Shown: positions 1 through 9,568 of the stretch, one piece after another
Position numbering within the stretch: the stretch's first letter is position 1
Layout of the letters: each line of letters begins with the position of its first letter
NCBI GenBank assembly: GCA_037380845.1
Contig: JARRRI010000047.1
Location: 1 to 40,724 of the forward strand
Direction of reading: 5' to 3'
Length of the DNA: 40,724 nucleotides
Source: Candidatus Sulfobium sp.
GTDB lineage: Bacteria > Nitrospirota > Thermodesulfovibrionia > Thermodesulfovibrionales > UBA6898
Notes under the pieces: generated by a model
The model's input: the letters and a program-made list of their open reading frames with translations, nothing else
What the model was told of the DNA's origin: nothing
Database searches by the model: none
Position numbers and translations under genes: made by a program

Positions 1-28
1 GTCCTGGGCCGGGCTAGACGATGGGGAC
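1..28 (-). tRNA. 5' part of a tRNA, probably tRNA-Glu, cut by the window edge
   Basis: Reverse complement GTCCCCATCGTCTAGCCCGGCCCAGGAC resembles the acceptor 5' strand and D-arm of bacterial tRNA-Glu; begins 4 nt after the tRNA-Lys CCA. Anticodon lies outside the window. Confidence 0.75.
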
Positions 29-32
29 GTCT

Positions 33-108
33 TGGTGAGCCGCGTTGGATTCGAACCAACGACCCACGCCTTAAAAGGGCGTTGCTCTACCAGCTGAGCT
101 AGCGGCCC
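33..108 (-). tRNA. tRNA-Lys (anticodon UUU)
   Basis: 76-nt cloverleaf GGGCCGCTAGCTCAGCTGGTAGAGC...CGCC-CTTTTAA-GGCG...GGTTCGAATCC...CACCA with encoded CCA. Confidence 0.97.
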
Positions 109-125
109 GAAAACAATAGACTATA

Positions 126-155
126 AAAATACACTTTATAGTCTTTTCTTGTCAA
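126..155 (-). promoter_or_regulatory. sigma70-type promoter of the tRNA pair
   Basis: TTGACA (155-150), 18 nt, TATTTT (131-126), about 18 nt upstream of tRNA-Lys. Confidence 0.6.
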
Positions 156-198
156 TCGGTCTCCGGATGTTATCCCACTTTCGAGGGAAAAGTGGACA

Positions 199-2145
199 TC
201 AGGCAGAAGCGCGTACTCTGGTGTAAGGCAACAGCCCCCCCGTCTTTATAAGCTCCCTCTCACGTTCGTTGAAAACCGACTTAACATTGAAGGAATACCC
301 TTTGGTGGTGTTCTCTACACGGTACTCCTGCAACCCGTCAACTGTGAGAAAGAGGTCGCTGATCGACAGCTTGTCTCCCTGCTCGATACGGTCGTAATCA
401 GCTTCATCCTCGAAAACAAGCGGGAGAATGCCGAAGTTTATCAGGTTGGAGCGGTGTATCCTGGCGAACGATTTGGCGATGACAGCCTGAATGCCGAGGA
501 ACATGGGCGCGATGGCCGCGTGCTCCCTCGAAGAGCCTTGTCCGTAGTTTTCTCCTCCCACGATTATCCCTCCCCCCTTTGCCTTTGCCTCCTTCGCCCT
601 GGCACTGAAAGTGGCATCGATGTTACGGAATACGAAGTCCGATATGGCGGGTATGTTCGAGCGGAAGGGAAGGACGGCCGAGCCTGCCGGCATGATGTCG
701 TCCGTTGTGATATTGTCCCCCAGTTTGAGGAGCACTCCGGCCTCCATCCTGTCCTGCAAGGGGTCCTTTACGGAGACCTCTTTTATGTTCGGTCCCTTTA
801 CAACTTTTACGCCGGAGGTGTCCTCCTTCGGCGGGATGATGAAACCCCTGTTGATGAGATAATTAGCCGGCTCTTCGAACGACCCGGCATCAAGCCCGGA
901 TTCCCTGGGGTCGACCATTTCCCCCTTTACGGCGAAGGCTGCGCAGGATACGGGGCTTGCCAGATAGACGAAGGCATCTCCGGTGCCGCTCCGGCCCTTG
1001 AAATTCCTGTTGTACGAACGGACCGAGACCTGTCCGCTGCCGGGTGCGCCTCCCATGCCGATGCACGGGCCGCAGGAGGATTCGAGCATACGGGCACCCG
1101 CAGCTATCATATCTGAGGTTAGGCCCTCCCTCGCGATCATCTCATAAACCTGCTTTGATCCCGGGTTAATCAGGAGGTTCATTTTCTCGGAAACAATACG
1201 GTCTTTCAGCAGAGAGGCAACGGCCTTCATCGATTGATAGGAAGAATTCGTGCAGCTTCCGATGCAGACCTGATTCACCTTCGTCCCGGTAAGACTCTTT
1301 ACCTTCACCACGTTGTCGGGGCTGTGGGGCTGCGCGATCATCGGCTCGACGGAGCCGAGGTCCAGCTCTATCGTCTCTGCATATTCGGCGTCTTCATCCG
1401 GCAGGAGTTCGACCCAATCTTTTTCTCTGCCGACCGCTGTCAGATAAAACCTGGTCCTCTCGTCACTGGGAAATATCGAAGTCGTGGCCCCGAGCTCTGC
1501 GCCCATGTTTGTGATAGTGGCCCTTTCGGTGACATTCAGGTCCTTTACGCCCGGACCGCCGTATTCCATGATCTTCCCGACGCCCCCCTTAACGCTGAGC
1601 CTCTTCAGGATTTCCAGGATGACGTCCATGGCGGTTACCCACGGCCGCCGAAGGCTTCCGGTCAGGTTTATCTTTACGACCTTCGGCATGGTCAATTCGA
1701 AGTGCGCTCCCCCCATCACTGTCGCGGCATCAAGCCCGCCGACACCTATGGCGATCATGCCCATCCCGCCGCCTGTCGGGGTGTGGCTGTCGGTACCGAG
1801 AGCTATCCTGCCGGGCGCCGCGAACTGTTCGAGATGGACCTGGTGGCAGATCCCGTTTCCCGGTCTTGAGAAGTAGGCCCCGTATCTCGCAGCGATGGTC
1901 TGAAGGAATATGTGGTCGTCGGGGTTCATGTAGTTCGACTGGAGCATATTGTGGTCCACGTAGGATACCGCCAGCGGCACCCTCACCCTGTCGAGTCCCA
2001 GCGCCTCGAACTGCAGCCAGGCCATCGTGCCCGTCGCGTCCTGCGTGTAGACCTGGTCTACCCTGAGGCCGACCGTTGAGCCTTCCTTTATTTCTCCGTA
2101 TGAGAGATGCGCTTCGAATATCTTCTGTACCAGGTTTTTGCCCAT
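199..2145 (-). CDS. aconitate hydratase (short, Aquifex-type)
   Basis: QDATG, DHN, GICHQV, GTDSHT, IGSCTNSS, CGPCIG (4Fe-4S cysteines), NRNF, TTDDIMP and GQGSSRE motifs. Start set at MGKNLVQK, which has a GAGGT RBS. Confidence 0.92.
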   Translation of the reverse strand: MGKNLVQKIFEAHLSYGEIKEGSTVGLRVDQVYTQDATGTMAWLQFEALGLDRVRVPLAVSYVDHNMLQSNYMNPDDHIFLQTIAARYGAYFSRPGNGICHQVHLEQFAAPGRIALGTDSHTPTGGGMGMIAIGVGGLDAATVMGGAHFELTMPKVVKINLTGSLRRPWVTAMDVILEILKRLSVKGGVGKIMEYGGPGVKDLNVTERATITNMGAELGATTSIFPSDERTRFYLTAVGREKDWVELLPDEDAEYAETIELDLGSVEPMIAQPHSPDNVVKVKSLTGTKVNQVCIGSCTNSSYQSMKAVASLLKDRIVSEKMNLLINPGSKQVYEMIAREGLTSDMIAAGARMLESSCGPCIGMGGAPGSGQVSVRSYNRNFKGRSGTGDAFVYLASPVSCAAFAVKGEMVDPRESGLDAGSFEEPANYLINRGFIIPPKEDTSGVKVVKGPNIKEVSVKDPLQDRMEAGVLLKLGDNITTDDIMPAGSAVLPFRSNIPAISDFVFRNIDATFSARAKEAKAKGGGIIVGGENYGQGSSREHAAIAPMFLGIQAVIAKSFARIHRSNLINFGILPLVFEDEADYDRIEQGDKLSISDLFLTVDGLQEYRVENTTKGYSFNVKSVFNERERELIKTGGLLPYTRVRASA

Positions 2146-2343
2146 ATCTACCTCGACTGTCTGATAAAATCCTCCTATTTTTCTGCAAACCGACATCAAA
2201 AGTCAATTTTCATCCCGCGAGTCTTGTATATAGTATAATGACCGGTTATAATAACGAAATCGCCCCTTTTCCGCGTCATTTGACGGTTTTTGCACCATGG
2301 GAAAGGGGTTTATCTTCCAGGGCGAAGCGACTCCGGAGAGGAA

Positions 2344-3600
2344 ATGAATTTTTTCAATTACAGAGGCAGGGAGTTATACGCCGAGGACGTACAGGTCAGG
2401 TCCCTCGTCGAAAAGTACGGCTCTCCCCTTTACATTTACAGCCATAAGACGCTGGCAAGACACTTCAGGGCCTATGACGAGGCTTACAGTTCTTACCCCC
2501 ATATAATCTGCTTCGCCCTGAAAGCGAATTCCAACGGGGCCATCCTGCGCGTTCTGGCGCGAAACGGATGCGGCGCCGACATTGTCTCCGGAGGCGAACT
2601 CTTCAGGGCGCTCCGGGCCGGGATCAAGGCCGACAGGATCGTCTACGCCGGCGTAGGCAAAACCGAAAGGGAAATAGAATTTGCGCTGAAATCGAAGATA
2701 CTGATGTTCAACGTCGAATCGGTAGAGGAACTGAAGGCTATCGACGGTGTCGCGGGGGCCTTGAAGATGAAGGCACCTGTGGCACTGAGAATAAACCCCG
2801 ATATCGACCCCCAGACACATCCTTATATATCAACCGGGATGAGGGATCACAAATTCGGCATCGCCGTGGATAACGCACTGGAACACTACCGCACCGCGGC
2901 CAGGCTGAAAAATGTTGAGGTGGTGGGCGTGCAGAAGCACATCGGCTCACAGATAACGAAGATCGCCCCCTTTGTGGACGCGATGAAGAGGATCCTTTTG
3001 CTCGTGGACGAGCTAAACAGGAGGAAGTTCGGGATCAGGTACCTCGACATAGGCGGAGGACTGGGGATCCCCTATCTGGACGAAGAACCCCCGGAGCCGC
3101 GTGACCTCGCAAGGGAACTGCTGCCCCTGGTGGACGGCAGAAAGATAACCCTGATCATGGAACCCGGCAGGTCGATAGCCGGAAATGCGGGCATACTGGT
3201 TACCCGGACGCTTTATCTGAAGAAGGGCACGGGCAAGGAGTTTGTAATAGTCGACGCCGGGATGAACGACCTGATGCGACCGTCGCTTTATGGAGCATAT
3301 CATCACATCGTCCCGGTGGTGAAGACCAGGCGGTCCGAAATAACCGCGGACGTTGTCGGCCCAATCTGCGAAACGGGTGATTTCATGGCCAGGGGCAGGC
3401 GCATGGAGAAGGTGAGACCGGGTGAATACCTGGCGATAATGAGCGCAGGCGCCTACGGCATGTCGATGAGTTCCAATTATAACAGTCGTCCCACGGTGGC
3501 CGAAGTCCTCGTCCGGGGCAGGACGCACTCCCTGATAAGAAGACGGGGTTCCTGGGAAGATCTGGTGAGGGACGAGGTGGTCCCGGCTTATCTGAAATGA
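2344..3600 (+). CDS. lysA: diaminopimelate decarboxylase
   Basis: FALKAN (PLP lysine), HIGSQ, EPGR, GPICETGD, GAYG...SNYN. ATG at 2344 follows GGAGAGG. Confidence 0.96.
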   Translation: MNFFNYRGRELYAEDVQVRSLVEKYGSPLYIYSHKTLARHFRAYDEAYSSYPHIICFALKANSNGAILRVLARNGCGADIVSGGELFRALRAGIKADRIVYAGVGKTEREIEFALKSKILMFNVESVEELKAIDGVAGALKMKAPVALRINPDIDPQTHPYISTGMRDHKFGIAVDNALEHYRTAARLKNVEVVGVQKHIGSQITKIAPFVDAMKRILLLVDELNRRKFGIRYLDIGGGLGIPYLDEEPPEPRDLARELLPLVDGRKITLIMEPGRSIAGNAGILVTRTLYLKKGTGKEFVIVDAGMNDLMRPSLYGAYHHIVPVVKTRRSEITADVVGPICETGDFMARGRRMEKVRPGEYLAIMSAGAYGMSMSSNYNSRPTVAEVLVRGRTHSLIRRRGSWEDLVRDEVVPAYLK

Positions 3601-4469
3601 AACTTTACTTTACAAAGATGCACGGCATCGGCAATGACTTCATTCTCATCGACTGCCGGAGATTCGTTCCCGACGACCTCCCCGGTCTTGCACGCAGGCT
3701 CTGCCGCCGGCGTTTCGGGATAGGGGCCGACCAGCTCATTCTCCTGCATGATTCAAACAGGGCCGACTTCACGATGCGCATTTATAACGCCGACGGGGGC
3801 GAGGTCGAGATGTGCGGAAACGGCATCCGGTGTTTCGCCAAATACATCTGGGACAGGGGGCTGTCGGAGAAGGAATGCCTGGATGTCGAGACCCTGGCCG
3901 GGACCATACGCCCCGAGAGGGCCGGGGATATGGTGAGGGTAGATATGGGAGAACCCGTTCTTGAACCGGAAAAGATACCGGTAAAGATTCCCCCCGGCTC
4001 AGGGGCCGGGGTGCAGGGCGACATTTCACGCCTCGCGCCTCACGCTTCACGGGTTGTGGATTATCCCTTAAAGATAGAGGACCGGGAGTTCCGGATTACC
4101 TGCGTCTCCATGGGCAATCCCCATGCGGTGATCGTGGTGGACAGCGTCGGGGATTTCGATATTGGAAGATATGGACCTGTTATTGAACATCATAAAATGT
4201 TTCCGAAGCGTGTGAACGCAGAATTTATAGAGGTGAGGGGCAGGGACAGTCTCAGAATGCGGGTGTGGGAACGTGGCTCGGGCGAGACCATGGCCTGCGG
4301 TACGGGCGCCTCGGCAGCGGTCGTGGCGGCCGTCATCAACGGACTGACCGGCAGGCGGGTAAATGTGGCTCTGCTCGGAGGGGAACTGGTGGTAGAATGG
4401 AAGGAAGACAATCACGTCTATATGACCGGTGAGGCAGTGGAAGTCTTTGAAGGATGGGTCGATCTGTGA
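3597..4469 (+). CDS. dapF: diaminopimelate epimerase with a low-complexity insertion of about 20 aa
   Basis: KMHGIGNDF, EMCGNG, SMGNPH, ERGSGETMACGTG; ATGA overlap with lysA. Confidence 0.96.
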   Translation: MKLYFTKMHGIGNDFILIDCRRFVPDDLPGLARRLCRRRFGIGADQLILLHDSNRADFTMRIYNADGGEVEMCGNGIRCFAKYIWDRGLSEKECLDVETLAGTIRPERAGDMVRVDMGEPVLEPEKIPVKIPPGSGAGVQGDISRLAPHASRVVDYPLKIEDREFRITCVSMGNPHAVIVVDSVGDFDIGRYGPVIEHHKMFPKRVNAEFIEVRGRDSLRMRVWERGSGETMACGTGASAAVVAAVINGLTGRRVNVALLGGELVVEWKEDNHVYMTGEAVEVFEGWVDL

Positions 4470-4765
4470 AGACTGGCGACAGTGATGCCCGGAAAGAGAG
4501 GAGAAAACATCAGAGGGTCGGCTATGACATGCCGGTCGAGTATACGCTGTCCGTGCAGGAATTCGGCCACCTCAGGAAGCTCGACCTGGCCGGCATGGGT
4601 TTCGATATCAGCGAGGAAGGCATGGGGCTTTATACCGACTACCGGCTTCAGCCGGGAGATGTCATAAGGTTGAGAAAGGTAGAAGGGTCGCAGCGGAATG
4701 CGGTCGTGAGATGGGCCGCAGAGCTTGACGGAAGGTTCCGCATCGGGGTGCTTTTCTATAAATAG
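4466..4765 (+). CDS. stand-alone PilZ-domain protein (c-di-GMP binding)
   Basis: RRKHQR (RxxxR) and DISEEG (DxSxxG) motifs; GTG start overlaps the dapF stop (GTGA). Confidence 0.85.
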   Translation: MKTGDSDARKERRKHQRVGYDMPVEYTLSVQEFGHLRKLDLAGMGFDISEEGMGLYTDYRLQPGDVIRLRKVEGSQRNAVVRWAAELDGRFRIGVLFYK

Positions 4766-4789
4766 CAAGTTCTGACCGAAGGAGGACGT

Positions 4790-5668
4790 ATGTTTAAGGG
4801 TTCCATAGTTGCAATAGTGACGCCGTTCAGGAAAGGGCGGGTGGACGAGAAGGCGCTCGGAGACCTTATCGACTGGCACATAAAAGAGGGGACCAGCGCC
4901 ATCGTGCCCTGCGGCACGACCGGAGAGTCCGCTACTCTTGATTATAAAGAGCATCACAGGGTAATCGAATTTACGGTCAAGGCGGTCAGTAAAAGAGTGC
5001 CGGTCATTGCCGGAACGGGTGCCAACTCTACGGATGAAACGATAATGATCACAAAAGGGGCGAAGAAGGCGAAGGTCGACGGCGTCCTGCTGGTGGCCCC
5101 TTACTATAACAAGCCCACCCAGGAAGGGCTTTACAGACACTACAAGACCGTTGCCGAGGCTGTAGACGTGCCGATTGTACTTTACAACGTTCCGGGCAGA
5201 ACGGCCGTGAACATCCTCCCCGCCACGGTCGCAAGACTTGCCGAAATCAAGAATATTGTGGCGATAAAAGAGGCGACTGCCGATATGAAACAGGTCAGCG
5301 AGGTAATCAGGCTCTGCGGGGACAGGATTACCGTCCTCTCGGGAGACGATTTCACCACTTTTCCCCTTCTCGCGCTGGGAGGGAAGGGCGTCATCTCGGT
5401 GTCGGCAAACGTCATGCCCGGGGCCGTCTCCGGGATGTGTGCCTTGTGGGAAAAAGGCGACCTTGAAGGGGCCAGGGCGCTGCACTATCAACTTGAACCC
5501 CTTAATGCGGCCATGTTCCTGGAGACAAACCCCATCCCGGTCAAGACGGCCCTGGCCATGATGGGCAAGATACAGGAAGAGTTCAGACTTCCGCTCTGTG
5601 AAATGGCGGCCGCCAATAAGGATAAGCTCAGGAAGGTCCTCGCCGGACTGAAGCTGATTAAAGGTTAA
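4790..5668 (+). CDS. dapA: 4-hydroxy-tetrahydrodipicolinate synthase
   Basis: GTTGES, PYYNKP, YNVPGRT, IKEA, SGDD, NPIPVK; AGGAGG RBS. Confidence 0.96.
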   Translation: MFKGSIVAIVTPFRKGRVDEKALGDLIDWHIKEGTSAIVPCGTTGESATLDYKEHHRVIEFTVKAVSKRVPVIAGTGANSTDETIMITKGAKKAKVDGVLLVAPYYNKPTQEGLYRHYKTVAEAVDVPIVLYNVPGRTAVNILPATVARLAEIKNIVAIKEATADMKQVSEVIRLCGDRITVLSGDDFTTFPLLALGGKGVISVSANVMPGAVSGMCALWEKGDLEGARALHYQLEPLNAAMFLETNPIPVKTALAMMGKIQEEFRLPLCEMAAANKDKLRKVLAGLKLIKG

Positions 5669-5859
5669 CTGCCTGGCAAAGCGGAGGCCGGCGGGCCGGC
5701 GCAGAGCCTGCCCGGGGTTCGCTCCACCTGCTCCGGGGAGTCTGGGGACGGCCTTTCGTTTGTGGAAATTCCTTCTTTATGTCATAATTAACGACGAATG
5801 CAGCAGCGTGTCTGTCGGGGTGCGCCCCGCACCGGGGACCGCCATTCAGAGGAAAACCA

Positions 5860-7563
5860 GTGAGATTTAAGCTTTTCTTTGTTGTAACTCTCGTCTTTTT
5901 GGCTACATCGTGCTCGACGGCGCAATCCAGGGTCGGGGGGACTGCGGACGTCCATTCATACGAGGCTGACTACTACTATATCCTCGGCTACCAGTCTTAT
6001 ATAAACCATCAATGGGATGACGCCGTTAAATATTACAAAAAGGCGCTGCAATACGACCCCGGCTCACCTTATCTGATAACCCAGATAAGTAATGTGCTCT
6101 ATCGGACGGGAAAGGTGTCGGAGGCGCTGCCCCTTGCCGAGGGGGTTGTCAGCAAAAGGCCTGACTACGTGCCCGCGCTGACGCTCCTGGCCGAGATCTA
6201 TTACGACCAGAAGAGGGTCGAAGATGCCATAGGCATTTACAGGAAGGTTCTGAAAATCAATCCTGACAACCGCGCCGCCGCCTTCTCCCTCGGAAAACTC
6301 TATTACGGGAACGGCCAGTTCGATGAAGCGGTGCATACCCTTGAGGGGATTCTGAAGAACCACCCGTCGGATGTGGCTGTCCTGGATTACCTGGGGTCCA
6401 TCTGCATCGAGAAGAAGAAGTACGACATGGCGGAAAAGTATCTGAAGAAGGCGCTCGATGTCAGCCCCGATCTCGACAGCATTTACTTCAAGCTTGGAGT
6501 CATCGGTGAAATGCGGGAGGAGTGGAAGAAGGCGGAGGAAAATTACAGGACGGCGCTGAAATACAATCCCCTTAATGAACAGGCCCGGGAGAGGCTCGCA
6601 CAGGTTTATGTAAAAGAGAAAAAAGTCGAAAAGGCGATAGGGGAACTCCAGACCCTGAGCCGGCAGGAGCCCGAAAATGTCGATATTAACGTGAGGCTTG
6701 GCATACTCTATTACGAACAGGAGGATTATGAGCGCGCACTGGACGAGTTCAGGGTCGCTCTGAAGGCCAAGCCCAGGAATACTTCTCTCATGTTTTACAA
6801 GTCCCTGGTTCTCAAGGAGATGGGGCGGTTCGACGATGCGGCATCGGAACTGAAGAAGATCATTGCCCTCGAACCGAAGAACGTGAACGCCTTCCTGAAT
6901 CTTGCATATATTTATACGATGCAGGAAAAAGTCGATGAGGCGATAAAAATGTATCAGGAGATACTTACTTTCAACAAGAAAAGCCCGGAGGTCTATCTGT
7001 ATCTTGCAGACGCCTATATTCACGAAGACAGATTTCAGAAGGCGGAACAGGTGCTGCGAGAAGGCATCGATGGTTTCGGAGACAACGACGAGTTGCATTA
7101 CACACTCGCCATAGTACTGGACAAAACGGGCCGGTTTGATGAAATGGTGGCTGAACTGAGGAAGGCAATCGAACTTAACCCGAAGAACTCTGACGCGCTG
7201 AATTATCTCGGGTACTCCTTCGCCGACAGGAATATCAATCTCGGCGAGGCCGAATCGCTGATAAAAAGAGCCCTGGAGATCAAGCCCGACAACGGCTACA
7301 TGCTCGACAGTCTGGGATGGGTATATTACCGGCAGGGCAGATATGAGATGGCGCTTGATGCTATACGGAAGGCCGCAGGCCTTACGAAGGACGATCCTGT
7401 AATAATGGAACACCTGGGCGATGTGTACAGCGCCCTCCACATGCCGGAAAAGGCGATCGGGTCGTGGGAAAAAGCCCTGGCCGGCCGGGAAAAAGATAAA
7501 GGCCTTAAAGAGAGAATAGAAAAGAAGATCAGGGAACTGAGGGGCAAGACGGGTGACGGATGA
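5860..7563 (+). CDS. tetratricopeptide-repeat lipoprotein
   Basis: Lipobox-like LATSC; many 34-aa TPR repeats; ALNYLGY/DSLGW C-terminus typical of the TPR gene found upstream of ispE. Confidence 0.88.
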   Translation: MRFKLFFVVTLVFLATSCSTAQSRVGGTADVHSYEADYYYILGYQSYINHQWDDAVKYYKKALQYDPGSPYLITQISNVLYRTGKVSEALPLAEGVVSKRPDYVPALTLLAEIYYDQKRVEDAIGIYRKVLKINPDNRAAAFSLGKLYYGNGQFDEAVHTLEGILKNHPSDVAVLDYLGSICIEKKKYDMAEKYLKKALDVSPDLDSIYFKLGVIGEMREEWKKAEENYRTALKYNPLNEQARERLAQVYVKEKKVEKAIGELQTLSRQEPENVDINVRLGILYYEQEDYERALDEFRVALKAKPRNTSLMFYKSLVLKEMGRFDDAASELKKIIALEPKNVNAFLNLAYIYTMQEKVDEAIKMYQEILTFNKKSPEVYLYLADAYIHEDRFQKAEQVLREGIDGFGDNDELHYTLAIVLDKTGRFDEMVAELRKAIELNPKNSDALNYLGYSFADRNINLGEAESLIKRALEIKPDNGYMLDSLGWVYYRQGRYEMALDAIRKAAGLTKDDPVIMEHLGDVYSALHMPEKAIGSWEKALAGREKDKGLKERIEKKIRELRGKTGDG

Positions 7564-7593
7564 GTCGCCGGTCAGTCCGAAGCCGAATCTGAA

Positions 7594-8430
7594 ATGAAGC
7601 TGAAACTCAGCGCCCCCGCGAAGATCAACTGGTTCCTCGCCATCCTGGGACAAAGGTCCGACGGATACCACGATATAATGAGTCCGACGCAGTGCATAAG
7701 TCTCTTCGACGACCTGTCTTTCGAAGATGCCGAAAACATAGAACTTATATCGGGGATGGAAACGCCCGCGGAAGAAAACCTGGTTTACAGGGCCGCCCGG
7801 ATGCTGAAAGAAATTTCCGGCTTCCGGAAGGGTGCAAAAATAACGCTGAGAAAGAGCATTCCCCTGGCGGCCGGGCTCGGCGGCGGGAGCAGTGATGCCG
7901 CTTCCACACTTATCGGGCTGAACCGCCTCTGGGCGCTGGGTTACAATAATGACCGACTGATGGAGGTCGCCGCACTGATCGGGTCCGATGTGCCTTTTTT
8001 CATAGGGGGCCGTTTCTCCCTGATTGAGGGGCGGGGTGAAAGGGTGCGTCCCCTGAAGGCCGAAAGCGCGGTGCCCATGCTGCTCGTCAAGCCGGATATA
8101 GAGATTTCATCGGAATGGGCATACCGCAATTGCGGGGTCGAGTTGACAAAAAGAAGCATTGATATTAAACTTTTCTGTCAAGCTCTGGACAGGATGGACT
8201 TTGCCCGGCTGCGGGAAATGGTATTTAACGACCTGGAGAAAGCGGTGGTTGAAGTGTACCCCGTAGTCGAGGAGATCAAGAAGAAGCTGGTCGAAAACGG
8301 AGCCGTGCTATCCTGTATGAGTGGAAGCGGTCCAACAGTGTTCGGGGTATTCGGTTCCGTCGATGAGGCCGGGAGAGCTTCACTGAATATGGGAGAAAAG
8401 ATGTGCAGGGTTGTGAGGACTCTGGTGTGA
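7594..8430 (+). CDS. ispE: 4-diphosphocytidyl-2-C-methyl-D-erythritol kinase
   Basis: APAKIN, GYH, AGLGGGSSDAA, GSDVPF, MSGSG; ispE-tRNA-Gln-prs synteny. Confidence 0.96.
   Translation: MKLKLSAPAKINWFLAILGQRSDGYHDIMSPTQCISLFDDLSFEDAENIELISGMETPAEENLVYRAARMLKEISGFRKGAKITLRKSIPLAAGLGGGSSDAASTLIGLNRLWALGYNNDRLMEVAALIGSDVPFFIGGRFSLIEGRGERVRPLKAESAVPMLLVKPDIEISSEWAYRNCGVELTKRSIDIKLFCQALDRMDFARLREMVFNDLEKAVVEVYPVVEEIKKKLVENGAVLSCMSGSGPTVFGVFGSVDEAGRASLNMGEKMCRVVRTLV
8143..8171 (+). promoter_or_regulatory. sigma70 promoter inside ispE, likely driving tRNA-Gln-prs-rplY-pth
   Basis: TTGACA (8143-8148), 17 nt, TAAACT (8166-8171), in an AT-rich patch of a GC-rich gene. Confidence 0.7.
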
Positions 8431-8458
8431 TTCGGAGTTCGATTATCCCGGTTACTGT

Positions 8459-8533
8459 TGGGGCGTCGACAAACGGCAAGTCAGGAGATTTTGGATCTCC
8501 CATGTGGAGGTTCGAATCCTCCCGCCCCAGCCA
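8459..8533 (+). tRNA. tRNA-Gln (anticodon UUG)
   Basis: TGGGGCG...GGAGA-TTTTGGA-TCTCC...GGTTCGAATCC...CGCCCCAGCCA, 75 nt. Confidence 0.96.
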
Positions 8534-8609
8534 CTGCGTCGTTATTGAGGAAAAAGGAAGAACGGGTCGTCCGTTGCTTCTCATCATTAAATAAGGTACA
8601 GGGGGTATA

Positions 8610-9554
8610 ATGCCACAGGGCCTGAAGCTTTTTACCGGTACGGCGCATGCCGAACTTGCGAAGGATGTTGCATCTTACCTTAACATCGGTGTAGCCGACG
8701 CCACGGTCTCGACATTCAGTGACGGCGAGATACTGATCCGCGTCAATGAAAACGTAAGGGGCTCCGACGTCTTTGTAATACAGCCGACATCCACCCCTGT
8801 AAACGACAACATCATGGAGCTGCTGCTTATTGTAGATGCGCTTAAAAGGGCTTCCGCCGCGCGGATTACGGCGGTCATCCCTTATTATGGATATGCGAGA
8901 CAGGACAGAAAGGTCCAGCCCAGGGTCCCGATATCGGCCAAGGCGGTGGCCGACCTGATCACCGCCGTAGGAACCAGCAGGGTCCTCACGGTTGACCTCC
9001 ATGCAGGCCAGATACAGGGGTTCTTCAATATCCCGGTCGATAATCTTTACGCCGCGCCGGTCCTGCTCGAATACGTACGTAAAGAATATGATGCCGACAA
9101 ACTGGTCGTGGTATCGCCGGATGCGGGGGGCGTGGAGCGCGCCAGGTCTTTTGCCAAAATGCTGAAATGTTCCATCGCCATCGTGGACAAGAGACGCGAA
9201 AAAGTGAACGAGTGCGAAGTGATGAACGTTATAGGGGATGTTGAAGGAGTCGACGCACTTCTCCTGGACGACATGGTCGACACTGCCGGAACGATCACCC
9301 AGGCTGCCGCCGCCCTTAAAGAAAAAGGGGCCAGGAGGGTCTCAGCCGCCTGCACCCACTCTGTCCTCTCGGGTTCTGCAGTAGAGAGGATTAACGGTTC
9401 CGCCATCGAGGAGATGATCGTCACCAATACGATCCCGCTTGACAGCAAGCAGCAGCAGTGCGGAAAGTTGAAGGTTTTGAGCATTGCCTCTCTTCTGGGA
9501 GAGGCGATACGGAGGATTCATGAGGAATCGTCCATAAGTTCTTTGTTTATATAG
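8610..9554 (+). CDS. prs: ribose-phosphate pyrophosphokinase
   Basis: [38 protein letters not shown]. Confidence 0.97.
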   Translation: MPQGLKLFTGTAHAELAKDVASYLNIGVADATVSTFSDGEILIRVNENVRGSDVFVIQPTSTPVNDNIMELLLIVDALKRASAARITAVIPYYGYARQDRKVQPRVPISAKAVADLITAVGTSRVLTVDLHAGQIQGFFNIPVDNLYAAPVLLEYVRKEYDADKLVVVSPDAGGVERARSFAKMLKCSIAIVDKRREKVNECEVMNVIGDVEGVDALLLDDMVDTAGTITQAAAALKEKGARRVSAACTHSVLSGSAVERINGSAIEEMIVTNTIPLDSKQQQCGKLKVLSIASLLGEAIRRIHEESSISSLFI

Positions 9555-9568
9555 AAGAGGAGGAAGAA

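Noticed and set aside
2290..2343. GKGVYLP upstream of lysA, reminiscent of the small lipoprotein (CG.KG.LYLP) often found before lysA/dapF
   Set aside because: No signal peptide or lipobox cysteine in frame; probably chance. The lysA start was set at 2344.
5650..5720. Possible vestige of a dapB 5' end (IK...GAAGR-like codons)
   Set aside because: Needs several frameshifts in GC-rich sequence; not supportable.
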